Made by a program: the position numbers and the translations under genes | In this document: positions 23,590-32,000 of the stretch, piece after piece | Layout of the letters: every line of letters begins with the position of its first letter | Position numbering within the stretch: the first letter of the stretch is position 1 | DNA from: Christensenellaceae bacterium | GTDB lineage: Bacteria; Bacillota; Clostridia; Christensenellales; UBA1242 | Reading direction: 5' to 3' | Assembly (NCBI GenBank): GCA_031260975.1 | Contig: JAISKJ010000003.1 | Location: 521,692 to 553,691, forward strand | DNA length: 32,000 nt | The notes under the pieces: generated by a model | What the model saw: the letters and a program-made list of their open reading frames with translations, nothing else | What the model was told of the DNA's origin: nothing | Databases searched by the model: none

Positions 23590-25773
23590 TTAGCTCAAAT
23601 TCTGCGGATTAAGCTCCACAAATAAGCTCACATCACGAAACTTAGTGTCGTCCACAATTTTATGAATATCAGTGACAATCTCCTTTTCGCTCTTTAAAAA
23701 AAATCTCATCAAAATCTGATATCTAAACTTGTTTTTTATGCGTCCTCTGGGGCTTTTCATTGCCTGAAAGTATATAAAATCACTGTTATACTTACTCTTA
23801 AGCGCACTGATTTTTATGTTTATTTCTCGCGTAACATCAATTGCTTTTTGTTCATTTTCAGAAGATATTAAAATTCTAAGTATTTTTGCAAACGGCGGAA
23901 ATTTTGTTACTTCACGCAGATTTATATCTTTTTTATAAAACGCCATATAGTCATAGTTGTGGGCAAACCTATAAACAAAATGCTTAGGGAAGTATGTCTG
24001 TAAAATGACCTTTCCCGAATGCCGGCTGCGCCCAGCTCTGCCTGAAACCTGAGTAATAAGCTGAAAAGTGCGCTCTGTGGCACGGAAATCACTAAAATGC
24101 AGACTTAAATCGGCATCTATAATTCCTACCAGCGTTACATTATTAAAGTCATGCCCCTTTGCTATCATTTGCGTACCCACCAAAATTGCGGGGCTTAGGC
24201 TGTTAAACTGTTCTAAAATCTTGCCATAACTATCCTTGCCCGTTACAGTATCGTTATCTAAACGCAGAATTGGCACATCCTTAAAGATTTTGCCAAGCTC
24301 TTCAGTTACACGCTGTGTTCCTACTGCCCCCTGTCTTATATATTCGCTTTTGCAAGCAGGACACCCTGTCAGCGCCCTGAAGCGTTTTCCGCAATAGTGG
24401 CACTTAAGCATATCCTCTTCCTTGTGATAAACCAGCGATACATCGCAGTCTGTGCATTTTGCAACATATCCGCATTCTTTACACATCATAAACGAAGCAT
24501 ATCCCCTGCGATTAATAAAAATCATGGCTTGTTTCTCATTTTTGATACAATTCTCAAGCTCTTTTAGGAAAACAGTCGAAAATATTCCCGTGTTGCCGTT
24601 TCTGATTTCGCTGAGCATGTCTGTAATTATAATTTGCGGCAGCTCCGCTCCGCCGGCGCGATTCGGAAGCGTTAAAAGCTTGTAGATATGCTGTTGCGCC
24701 TTAAAAAAGCTTTCTACGTTGGGCGTAGCGCTTCCTAAAACCAAATTACAGCCGTGTATATGAGCCAGCATCCGCGCCACTTCATGAGTATAATATCTAG
24801 GGTTATTTTCACTGAAATAACTGCTGTCGTGCTCCTCATCAATTACAATAAGCCCTACGTCATCAAGGGGCGCAAAAATACAGCTGCGAGCCCCGATTGC
24901 AATTTTCGCTTGTCCGGTTTTGAGGCGATAAAATTCGTCATAACGCTCTCCGGCGCTGAGGCTGCTGTGAAGCAGTGCCACTGTGTCGCCGAAAGCATTT
25001 GTAAACCTTGACAGCATCTGAGGTGTAAGAGAAATTTCAGGCACCAAAAATATGGCGGATTTACCCTTTGCAAGTACGTTTTTAATTGCGCTTATATACA
25101 CCTCGGTTTTGCCGCTGCCTGTCACTCCGTGCAGCAAAAACGCAGTGTTCTTTGCCTTGTTTATTAAGTCCACGCACTCTTGCTGCTGCGGGGTTAAAGT
25201 AATGTCTTTATGCTCAACCGTCAGTGTTTTTATAGGGCGTCTCAACACATTTTGCGGAGTGATTTTTACAAAACCCAGCTCACTGAGCTTTTTTAGGGCA
25301 GCTGAGCTGAATTTATTATTTATATTGGCTGTGCTATCGCTGCCTGCTTCTTTTAGGTGAAGAATTATTCCGAGCTGCGCTTTGGCGTTTGATTTGATTT
25401 TGGATATATCACATTTATCAGTGAGTGTCACTATGTTTACAGTTTTATGCCCAAGATCACTTCTTATTTGCGGCGGCAAAAACAATCGTATAGTGTCGGC
25501 AAGACGCAAAAAAAACCTGTCTTTCATAAAAAAACACAGCTCTATCATTTTTGGGGTCAAAACCGGAGTCTCATCCAGAGGCTTTATAATATCTTTCAGC
25601 TTATCTTTTTCAAGTGTGCTTGATGCTTTAAGTTTTATAATATATCCTTGGGTATTGCGGCCTCCAAACGGCACCAGCACCCTATGCCCAACTTCTAGGA
25701 CCTCGCGGCAATTATAATCGAATATCTTGTCAACATTACTGTTTAAAATATCTACAATAACTTCTGCTATCAT
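23590..25773 (-). CDS. priA: primosomal protein N' (replication restart helicase)
   Basis: It has Walker A GVTGSGKTEVY, a DEEH box, and the Cys-rich zinc-binding insertion CKECGYVAKCTDCDVSL...CHYCG...CPAC. Confidence 0.95.
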   Translation of the reverse strand: MIAEVIVDILNSNVDKIFDYNCREVLEVGHRVLVPFGGRNTQGYIIKLKASSTLEKDKLKDIIKPLDETPVLTPKMIELCFFMKDRFFLRLADTIRLFLPPQIRSDLGHKTVNIVTLTDKCDISKIKSNAKAQLGIILHLKEAGSDSTANINNKFSSAALKKLSELGFVKITPQNVLRRPIKTLTVEHKDITLTPQQQECVDLINKAKNTAFLLHGVTGSGKTEVYISAIKNVLAKGKSAIFLVPEISLTPQMLSRFTNAFGDTVALLHSSLSAGERYDEFYRLKTGQAKIAIGARSCIFAPLDDVGLIVIDEEHDSSYFSENNPRYYTHEVARMLAHIHGCNLVLGSATPNVESFFKAQQHIYKLLTLPNRAGGAELPQIIITDMLSEIRNGNTGIFSTVFLKELENCIKNEKQAMIFINRRGYASFMMCKECGYVAKCTDCDVSLVYHKEEDMLKCHYCGKRFRALTGCPACKSEYIRQGAVGTQRVTEELGKIFKDVPILRLDNDTVTGKDSYGKILEQFNSLSPAILVGTQMIAKGHDFNNVTLVGIIDADLSLHFSDFRATERTFQLITQVSGRAGRSRHSGKVILQTYFPKHFVYRFAHNYDYMAFYKKDINLREVTKFPPFAKILRILISSENEQKAIDVTREINIKISALKSKYNSDFIYFQAMKSPRGRIKNKFRYQILMRFFLKSEKEIVTDIHKIVDDTKFRDVSLFVELNPQNLS

Positions 25774-25775
25774 CT

Positions 25776-25985
25776 TTATTCATCATCATTTGCGCCGGAG
25801 CTTGCCACAATTTTGCCGCTTTCAATTTCACGGGCAGCAAGAGATATGGCCTTTTCGGGCGAGTGTTCTATAATATCCGGAATATTCTTTTCAAGCTGCT
25901 TAGCTCTTTTGCCTACAATGCTCGCAAGAGCATAAGGATTTCCTACTTTCTGGGCTAATTTTTCTACTTCAGGATATAACATCAT
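25776..25985 (-). CDS. rpoZ: DNA-directed RNA polymerase subunit omega
   Basis: It is 69 aa (MLYPEVEKL...NPYALASIVGKRAKQL), typical of the omega/YloH family. It lies directly upstream of priA. Confidence 0.85.
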   Translation of the reverse strand: MMLYPEVEKLAQKVGNPYALASIVGKRAKQLEKNIPDIIEHSPEKAISLAAREIESGKIVASSGANDDE

Positions 25986-26032
25986 ATTTTTTCACCACCA
26001 TCTTTTTTATTTGATAAGTATATCATAAATTC

Positions 26033-26056
26033 TAAAAAAACTCAAGTGTTTTGAGT
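26033..26056 (-). terminator. rho-independent terminator downstream of ligA and repeat copy C
   Basis: The minus strand reads ACTCAA-aacac-TTGAGT followed by T7. Confidence 0.6.
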
Positions 26057-26072
26057 GTCGTTTTATATAGAT

Positions 26073-26160
26073 GCGGTTTTGCCTGCCGTGCATGCACGGC
26101 AGCGCATGAAGCCAAAGGCTTCATGCTGCAAAAAACCTTCGGTTTTTTGCGCAAAACCGC
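26073..26160. repeat. cloverleaf (four-way junction) repeat, copy C
   Basis: The segments are 10 + 20 + 1 + 23 + 1 + 23 + 10 nt, and every stem is perfectly paired. Hairpin 1 is 26083-26102 (CTGCCGTGCA|TGCACGGCAG). Hairpin 2 is 26104-26126 (GCATGAAGCC-aaa-GGCTTCATGC). Hairpin 3 is 26128-26150. The last base is shared with the ligA stop codon. Confidence 0.9.
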
Positions 26161-28100
26161 TACCTAATCATCTTCAAAAACTCTTCTTCATAAATAACAG
26201 CAACGCCGAGTTCCTTCGCCTTTTCAAGCTTACTTCCGGGGCTGTATCCTGCCAATACAAAATCAGTATTCTTCGACACACTTCCCGAAACCATTCCGCC
26301 GTTCATCTCAATCAACTTTTCCGCCTGCTTTCGGTCATACGTACTCAGTGTTCCCGTCAGCACAAACCTTTTACCTTTAAGCTTGTCACCACCCTCTGCT
26401 GCTGCTTCAAGTTCAATGTATTGCAGCAACTTTTGAACAAGTTGCATGTTGGTTTTATCCTTAAAGAAAGCTAGTATATTATTTGCTACTATTTCTCCAA
26501 TATCAGGAATAATAATCAAGTCCTCAAATTTTGCTTGCATCAGATTGTCAAAAGTCTTAAAGTTCCGGGCCAAATCCTTGGCAGTTTTTTCGCCCACACC
26601 GTTTATACCAAGGGCATCCAGAAATCTGTTCAGTGTTACCTTCCTGCTTTTTTCAATAGAAAAAAGGATATTTTCTATTCTTTTATCGCCAAAGCCTTCA
26701 AGACCTTTCAGGTCGTCAGCTTTCAAGGTATATAAATCTGCAGGGCTTCGCATGCGGCATTTTTCATATAACACTTCACAAATTTTGTCGCTTATGCCTT
26801 CAATGTTCATACAGTTGCGGCGGCACCAGTGCGTCAGCTTTCCAATTATTTGTTCTTTACATTCCGGATTTTTGCAAAAAAGGTTTGGTCCTACTTGAAC
26901 AAGCTGTGAGCCACAACACGGGCAGCGTTCTATTTTTTCAATCGGCTTTGAACTTTCATAATCCTGCGCCAGCCCCAGCACTTCAGGTATTACCTCATTA
27001 CTCCTTCTTACGAAAACCGAACTGCCCAGCTTCACCTTTTTGCGGAGTATTTCCTGATAATTATTAAGCGTCGCCCGAGTAACGGTGGCTCCGGCAAGCT
27101 CTACAGGGCTAAGTTTTCCGATAGGCGTAATTTTGCCTGTCCTTCCTACCTGCCAGATTACGTCCTCCAAAACACTCGTTATTTCAACCGCTTCAAATTT
27201 ATAAGCAATCGCCCACTTAGGAAAGCGCGAAGTGTACCCTACCTCTTCCCTTATCCTCAAATCATCAAGTTTTATGACCATGCCGTCAATCATTATGTCA
27301 AACTTATCTTTTGTTTTATCGGTTTTCTCTATCTTATTTATTATTTCTTCCGAAGAATTTGACACAAAAAACATTTCACCGGTGAGAAATTTTTGCTTTT
27401 TTAAAAATTCATGCATCTGCTTCTGTGTGCCAAAACTTATACCCTCAGCTTTAAGAATATCATAGCAAAACACATCCAGATTTCGCTGCTTAGTGACCAT
27501 AGGGTCAAGATTACGAATAGCACCTGCTGCAGCATTGCGCGGGTTTTTTAGAGGCTCCTCAGCCGTTTCATTATACTTTTCAAAGTTTTTTAAGGTTATC
27601 ATACCCTCACCGCAAACAGTCAACTCGCCCTTAAAATCAATTTCGTTCGGCACCGATTTTATGGTTTTTACTTGCAGTGTAACATCCTCGCCGATAGTTC
27701 CGTTGCCTCGTGTAGCAGCAGTTGTCAGCTTTCCGTTTTTATATTTGAGTATCAATCTAAGCCCGTCAAATTTATACTCCAGACTAAACTTGGCACCATC
27801 CCATTCTTTTTGAATATCCTCCATGAATGTTTTAAGCTCTTCATACGAATTACATTTGTCAAGGCTATAAAGCCTGAATTCATGCGTAACTTTTTTAAAT
27901 TCTGCCGACACCGTTCCGGCAGGCCTTGTCGTGGGCGAGTTTTTCAAAATTATCCCCGTTTCTTTTTCAAGGGCGACCAGCTCGTCATAAAGCTTGTCAT
28001 ATTCAGCGTCAGAAATTGTGGGATTGTCAAGCACATAATAGTTATAAATCGCTTCGTTAACAAGCGTTATCAATTCTTTCATACGCGGTTCATAACTCAT
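26160..28100 (-). CDS. ligA: NAD-dependent DNA ligase
   Basis: It has the adenylation motif KFDG (EYKFDGLRL), a Cys4 zinc finger (CPCCGSQL...CKNPEC), HhH repeats and a C-terminal BRCT domain. Confidence 0.95.
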   Translation of the reverse strand: MSYEPRMKELITLVNEAIYNYYVLDNPTISDAEYDKLYDELVALEKETGIILKNSPTTRPAGTVSAEFKKVTHEFRLYSLDKCNSYEELKTFMEDIQKEWDGAKFSLEYKFDGLRLILKYKNGKLTTAATRGNGTIGEDVTLQVKTIKSVPNEIDFKGELTVCGEGMITLKNFEKYNETAEEPLKNPRNAAAGAIRNLDPMVTKQRNLDVFCYDILKAEGISFGTQKQMHEFLKKQKFLTGEMFFVSNSSEEIINKIEKTDKTKDKFDIMIDGMVIKLDDLRIREEVGYTSRFPKWAIAYKFEAVEITSVLEDVIWQVGRTGKITPIGKLSPVELAGATVTRATLNNYQEILRKKVKLGSSVFVRRSNEVIPEVLGLAQDYESSKPIEKIERCPCCGSQLVQVGPNLFCKNPECKEQIIGKLTHWCRRNCMNIEGISDKICEVLYEKCRMRSPADLYTLKADDLKGLEGFGDKRIENILFSIEKSRKVTLNRFLDALGINGVGEKTAKDLARNFKTFDNLMQAKFEDLIIIPDIGEIVANNILAFFKDKTNMQLVQKLLQYIELEAAAEGGDKLKGKRFVLTGTLSTYDRKQAEKLIEMNGGMVSGSVSKNTDFVLAGYSPGSKLEKAKELGVAVIYEEEFLKMIR

Positions 28101-28161
28101 ATCCTTTTTCTCTCCTCCTTTCCTACTATAAAATTAAACTATTGTGGTGCTGCCAATATCT

Positions 28162-30357
28162 TCACAACAGCTTAATCGGTGCATAATCTATCGATAGTGA
28201 CTTCATCCCGATACCTTTAAAATCTACGGTAATGCATCTGTCGTTGCTTAATGTATCCGTCGTCACAATAATGCCTATACCATATTTTGTGTGAAGCACC
28301 TGTTTACCGGGTGTAAATCCATTAGCATCCACCTTTTTGGGTGTATTTATGGCGGAGACGGAAAAACTCATCTTGTTTGCAGTAAAGTTTGTAAGGTTAT
28401 ATGCATCCATCGCTTGAACTGTCTTTTTATCAACACCGCTCAGTTCATCCAAAAACTGTGATTTATTGGTATATCTTCGTTCATTATAAAGTGCACGGCT
28501 CATAGCATGTGTCAAATACAGCCGTTCTTTGGCACGGGTTATCGCTACATACATCAGCCTGCGCTCTTCTTCAAGGTCACCTCCGCTCTGCCGTATAATC
28601 GGAAATACCCCCTGTTCAAGTCCCACAACAAACACTACCTTAAATTCAAGACCCTTAACAGCGTGTACGGTAGCTAAAGCCACTGCATTATTTTTGTCGT
28701 CATAGGTGTCAATGTCGCTGATGAGAGATATACTTTGCAGATAGTCCCCCATTGTGTTGCCGGGGTTAGTTTCAAAATAGCTATAGGTGTGTGTCAAAAA
28801 CTCATCTATATTGGCTATCCTGCTTATATCCTCTTCGCTTTTGGTGTTATACATGTTTTTTATGCCCGTTTTTTTAACAATGTGCTCAATGGCATCATAA
28901 GGCTGAGAATCTTTATAAGCACTTTCAATATCTTTATAAAGGCTTTTAAATACGTTTAGCTTCATAGTTATGGTGTCGCTTAACATATATTCATCGCTGT
29001 TTATAATGATTTCAAGAGGGCTGACATTTTGAGCTTCGGCGGCCGTTTTTAGCGCTTCAACCGTTGTGTCACCGATATTTCGTTTGGGATAGTTAATAAT
29101 TCGCATCAGTGCAGCACTGTCTTGAGGGTTAACCAAAATACGCAGATAAGCTATCAAATTTTTTATCTCCAGCCTGTCAAAAAACTTTTGACCTCCAAGC
29201 ACAATATGAGGAATGTTATAATTCAAAAACTTTTCTTCAAAGCTATGTGTCAGAGCATTGAGGCGCATTAAAACTGCTATGTCACCATACTTATATTTCC
29301 CCGAATTTACCAGATTATAAACATTGGCCGCAACAAATTCAGCTTCTTTATATTCATCCGCTGCGGCATACTGCTCTATCTGTGCCCCGTCATCGTTCTC
29401 TGTCCACAAAACCTTTTCAATACGGCTCTGGTTATTTTTAATTAGGTTGTTGGCCACCTTCAAAATCTGTTTGCTGCTACGGTAGTTGCGCTCAAGCTTA
29501 AAGACCTTACAGCCGTCAAAGTCCCGCATAAAACTGCCGATATTACTGATATTAGCACCTCTCCAACCATAAATACATTGGTCCTCGTCTCCCACCACAA
29601 AAACGTTTCTGTGCTTAGCTCCCAGAAGCTTTACTATCTGATATTGCACAGTGTTGGTATCCTGAAATTCATCCACATGGATATAAAGAAACCGGTTTTG
29701 ATAGTGGTTCAAAATATCCGGACATGAAACAAATAACTCATAAGTTTTGGTAAGTAAATCATCAAAATCAAGTGCATTGTTATTTTTAAGCTGCACCTGA
29801 TAAGCGGTATATATCTTGGTATAAATTTCAATGTCAGCCGCTTCCTGATTGTTCTTAAGATACTCCCACGGCGTCTGGTTGTTGTTTTTAGCATTACTTA
29901 TGTGCCACGAGGCCAGCCTTATTTGTTTATCCTCATTAAAGTTAAACTTAGCGCATACTTCTTTGAGAACCTTATTACTGTCAGTGTCAGTATAAATTGA
30001 AAAGTTATTATCAAACCCCTTTTCGTTGTTGTCCTTGCTTTTTAGATTTATGATGTGACTTCGCAGAATTTTGGAGCACATTGCATGAAAAGTTGATATC
30101 CATATTCCATGTGTGCCATCAAGCATTTTATTAAGACGCTCACTCATTTCATTTGCGGCTTTGTTAGTAAAGGTTATTGCCAAAATATTTCGGGGTTCAA
30201 CGTTCATATGCTCTATAAGATAAGCTATGCGATAAATCAAAAGACGGGTCTTTCCGCTGCCGGCACCCGCCGTCACCAAAACAGGGCCCAACGTTTCAAA
30301 AAGCGCGGCCTGCTGCTCACTGTTAAGTTCGTTTACATCTACTTTACTCATTGGCAT
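28162..30357 (-). CDS. pcrA: ATP-dependent DNA helicase PcrA (UvrD family)
   Basis: It has Walker A AGAGSGKTRLL and the UvrD motifs (VDEFQDTN, TVHAVKGLEF). The pcrA-ligA adjacency is typical of Firmicutes. Confidence 0.95.
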   Translation of the reverse strand: MPMSKVDVNELNSEQQAALFETLGPVLVTAGAGSGKTRLLIYRIAYLIEHMNVEPRNILAITFTNKAANEMSERLNKMLDGTHGIWISTFHAMCSKILRSHIINLKSKDNNEKGFDNNFSIYTDTDSNKVLKEVCAKFNFNEDKQIRLASWHISNAKNNNQTPWEYLKNNQEAADIEIYTKIYTAYQVQLKNNNALDFDDLLTKTYELFVSCPDILNHYQNRFLYIHVDEFQDTNTVQYQIVKLLGAKHRNVFVVGDEDQCIYGWRGANISNIGSFMRDFDGCKVFKLERNYRSSKQILKVANNLIKNNQSRIEKVLWTENDDGAQIEQYAAADEYKEAEFVAANVYNLVNSGKYKYGDIAVLMRLNALTHSFEEKFLNYNIPHIVLGGQKFFDRLEIKNLIAYLRILVNPQDSAALMRIINYPKRNIGDTTVEALKTAAEAQNVSPLEIIINSDEYMLSDTITMKLNVFKSLYKDIESAYKDSQPYDAIEHIVKKTGIKNMYNTKSEEDISRIANIDEFLTHTYSYFETNPGNTMGDYLQSISLISDIDTYDDKNNAVALATVHAVKGLEFKVVFVVGLEQGVFPIIRQSGGDLEEERRLMYVAITRAKERLYLTHAMSRALYNERRYTNKSQFLDELSGVDKKTVQAMDAYNLTNFTANKMSFSVSAINTPKKVDANGFTPGKQVLHTKYGIGIIVTTDTLSNDRCITVDFKGIGMKSLSIDYAPIKLL

Positions 30358-30474
30358 AGTATATCAAATTCGGCATCCTCAGGCAACTAAAAACTAATAT
30401 CTGCCCATACTCCGATTGTTTCCCGCAAAGATTGGTGATGGGCGGCAAGTTATATAGCTGGCGGGGGCACCCCG

Positions 30475-30503
30475 CAAAAAGGCAGTCCTTTAAGAGGACT
30501 GCC
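30475..30503 (-). terminator. rho-independent terminator after the zinc-ribbon gene
   Basis: The minus strand reads GGCAGTCC-tcttaaa-GGACTGCC followed by TTTTTG. A second GC hairpin, GCGGGG-tgc-CCCCGC, follows. Confidence 0.7.
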
Positions 30504-30520
30504 CTGTTGTTTAAATATTT

Positions 30521-30916
30521 TTATGCATAATAAAATCTTTCAAAAAATTCAGCCAAAGTTATTCCGTAAACATTCATAAGAATAAACATACCTATTATCG
30601 CAATAACCGCAAACACCATACCCACAACGGATATAATAATTCCGGCAAGAGCCAATCCTCCGCCCTGATAGCCTTTTTCCTTACATTCTTTCTTTCCTAA
30701 TATCGACAAAATCAGCGAGATAATTCCGCACATAGTAAGAGATAAAACAAAACCCACTATAGACAAAACCGACCATTTAGCATTTGTTCCGCTCATAGCC
30801 TGACTGCCGCCGACAGCCTGCTGATTAACTCTGTCCCAATTCATCTCACAGCCGCAATGCTTGCAATATTTGGCTCCATAACGCACCTCAGCACTGCATT
30901 TCGGACAATTAAACAT
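30521..30916 (-). CDS. zinc-ribbon plus DUF4190-like membrane protein
   Basis: The N-terminus has CPKC...CKHCG. Two C-terminal TM helices are Gly/Ile-rich, with GGGLALAGIIISVVG. The RBS is AAGGGGGGA. Confidence 0.6.
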   Translation of the reverse strand: MFNCPKCSAEVRYGAKYCKHCGCEMNWDRVNQQAVGGSQAMSGTNAKWSVLSIVGFVLSLTMCGIISLILSILGKKECKEKGYQGGGLALAGIIISVVGMVFAVIAIIGMFILMNVYGITLAEFFERFYYA

Positions 30917-30947
30917 TTCAAATTTCCCCCCTTGTGTTGTTGATTTG

Positions 30948-30976
30948 ATAATATCATATTTATGCTAAAATTGCAA
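30948..30976 (-). promoter_or_regulatory. candidate promoter of the zinc-ribbon gene
   Basis: The minus strand reads TTGCAA (30976-30971), 17 nt, TATTAT (30953-30948). Confidence 0.4.
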
Positions 30977-31166
30977 TAAATTTGACATTTTTTGTCATGT
31001 TTTTATTTAGTGTGAGTTCTCCTCCGGCTGACATTGGTATGTTACATCAAAAGAGGCAATTACGCTGCAGTTTTATATGCGACCAGAAAGTCGAACATTC
31101 CGACCGGGTATTTTGGCACAGAAACACATAAAAACAGCCCTAAAACATTTCATTAATCATTAGGAT

Positions 31167-31772
31167 TTATATCTTTAAAGGACGCACTGCTTTTATATAA
31201 AATGACTTTTTCGGTTTAATTGGTATAAGCTCGGCCAAAAACCCGGCTTCTTTGGCAGCACTCAATAACTCTTCTTCACTATATTTTGCAAAGCCGTATT
31301 GAGTGAAGCTTGTTTTTTCAAGCCACTGTTTGGTATAACATATGTTCAAAAATTCTCCGCCGGGTTCCAGCTTGCTATATACTTCCTGAAACCCCGCTTT
31401 TAGGTCCTCCCAAAAATAAACGGTATTAATGGTATATATCTGACCAAAGCTTTGTTTAAACGGGATAGCCTCAACACTTGCCTCAGCCAAATGCAGCCGT
31501 CCCCTTTCTATGGATTTTTTATTTTTCCTGCACGCAAGCTTTTGCATATCAGCCGAAATATCAATGCCATAAAAAACTGAATTGCTGAGTTTCAGCAATT
31601 GTTTTAGTGCGTATCCGTTTCCAAACCCTATGTCCAAAATAGTACTGTTTTGCTTTACCGAGCGCTCTATAACCTTATACATGGGTCCATTGATTACGTT
31701 CATCAAAAAGGTTGAGATTTTGCCGCCAAAACCTGTCGGCTTTCTAAATTGTTGCGCCCAAAACTTTTTCAT
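31167..31772 (-). CDS. class I SAM-dependent methyltransferase
   Basis: It has motif I ILDIGFGNGY. It is 201 aa with a Rossmann-type layout. Confidence 0.75.
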   Translation of the reverse strand: MKKFWAQQFRKPTGFGGKISTFLMNVINGPMYKVIERSVKQNSTILDIGFGNGYALKQLLKLSNSVFYGIDISADMQKLACRKNKKSIERGRLHLAEASVEAIPFKQSFGQIYTINTVYFWEDLKAGFQEVYSKLEPGGEFLNICYTKQWLEKTSFTQYGFAKYSEEELLSAAKEAGFLAELIPIKPKKSFYIKAVRPLKI

Positions 31773-31816
31773 ATTTTTTACCTTTTAATAAAACAGCAGA
31801 ACTAAGCACTTCCGCA

Positions 31817-32000
31817 TCAATCTGCGGTAATTGTTTCTAATTCTTCTTCACCCAAAAGATGCTCAGGTAGCTCCTCCTCGTCGGGGATGTCAAATTCATT
31901 ATAAAGCGCGTCTGTTTTGTCGGCATGAATAAGTCTTATGCGCTCAAGCAGGTCCTCATAATCCGGAAGGTCAGCCACAGACTGCAACTGAAAGCGTTTT
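31817..32000 (-). CDS. C-terminal fragment of an unidentified protein (acidic tail), truncated by the window edge
   Basis: An open frame runs from the window end to TGA at 31817-31819. It encodes ...LPDYEDLLERIRLIHADKTDALYNEFDIPDEEELPEHLLGEEELETITAD. The family is not recognised. Confidence 0.4.
   Translation of the reverse strand, partial: KRFQLQSVADLPDYEDLLERIRLIHADKTDALYNEFDIPDEEELPEHLLGEEELETITAD

Noticed and set aside
30983-30997. The palindrome TGACA-N5-TGTCA near the zinc-ribbon gene promoter, considered as a third MarR operator.
   Set aside because: Its half-site spacing (5 nt) differs from the two operon operators (1 nt). The arms are only 5 bp, so the evidence is insufficient.

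Overview
This is a low-GC Firmicutes (Clostridia-like, spore-former) chromosomal segment, transcribed almost entirely from the minus strand. It is mostly core housekeeping. Reading the minus strand from high to low coordinates, the genes are: a partial ORF, a SAM methyltransferase, a zinc-ribbon membrane protein, pcrA-ligA, rpoZ-priA, def-fmt, rlmN, a decayed inositol-monophosphatase pseudogene, a 1561-aa surface protein of about 20 Listeria-Bacteroides (InlB B-type) repeats, rsgA-rpe, a SpoVM-like mini-ORF missed by the ORF track, Asp23(yloU)-DAK2(yloV), and a 38-aa Ser/Thr/Lys-rich mini-ORF. These are followed by tRNA-Cys, one plus-strand DUF11-like gene, tRNA-Ala, tRNA-Leu, an ABC-transporter/MarR operon, tRNA-Val and tRNA-Gly (plus strand), fhs, a thioesterase, ytfI-like/ytfJ, a DD-carboxypeptidase, rluB and cmk. 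I see no rRNA, CRISPR array, transposase, integrase, phage genes or recognisable defence system. Three things are not explained by ordinary annotation. First, a three-copy 88-91 nt intergenic repeat folds as a four-way junction, with compensatory changes in its stems. Second, a 5.4-kb segment (giant repeat protein plus IMPase pseudogene) is bracketed by a 34-nt direct duplication of the rlmN 3' end, exactly where prpC-prkC sit in the Bacillus-type gene order. Third, there are several smaller structured repeats and unannotated mini-ORFs. All calls come from reading the sequence and from motif memory; no searches were run.
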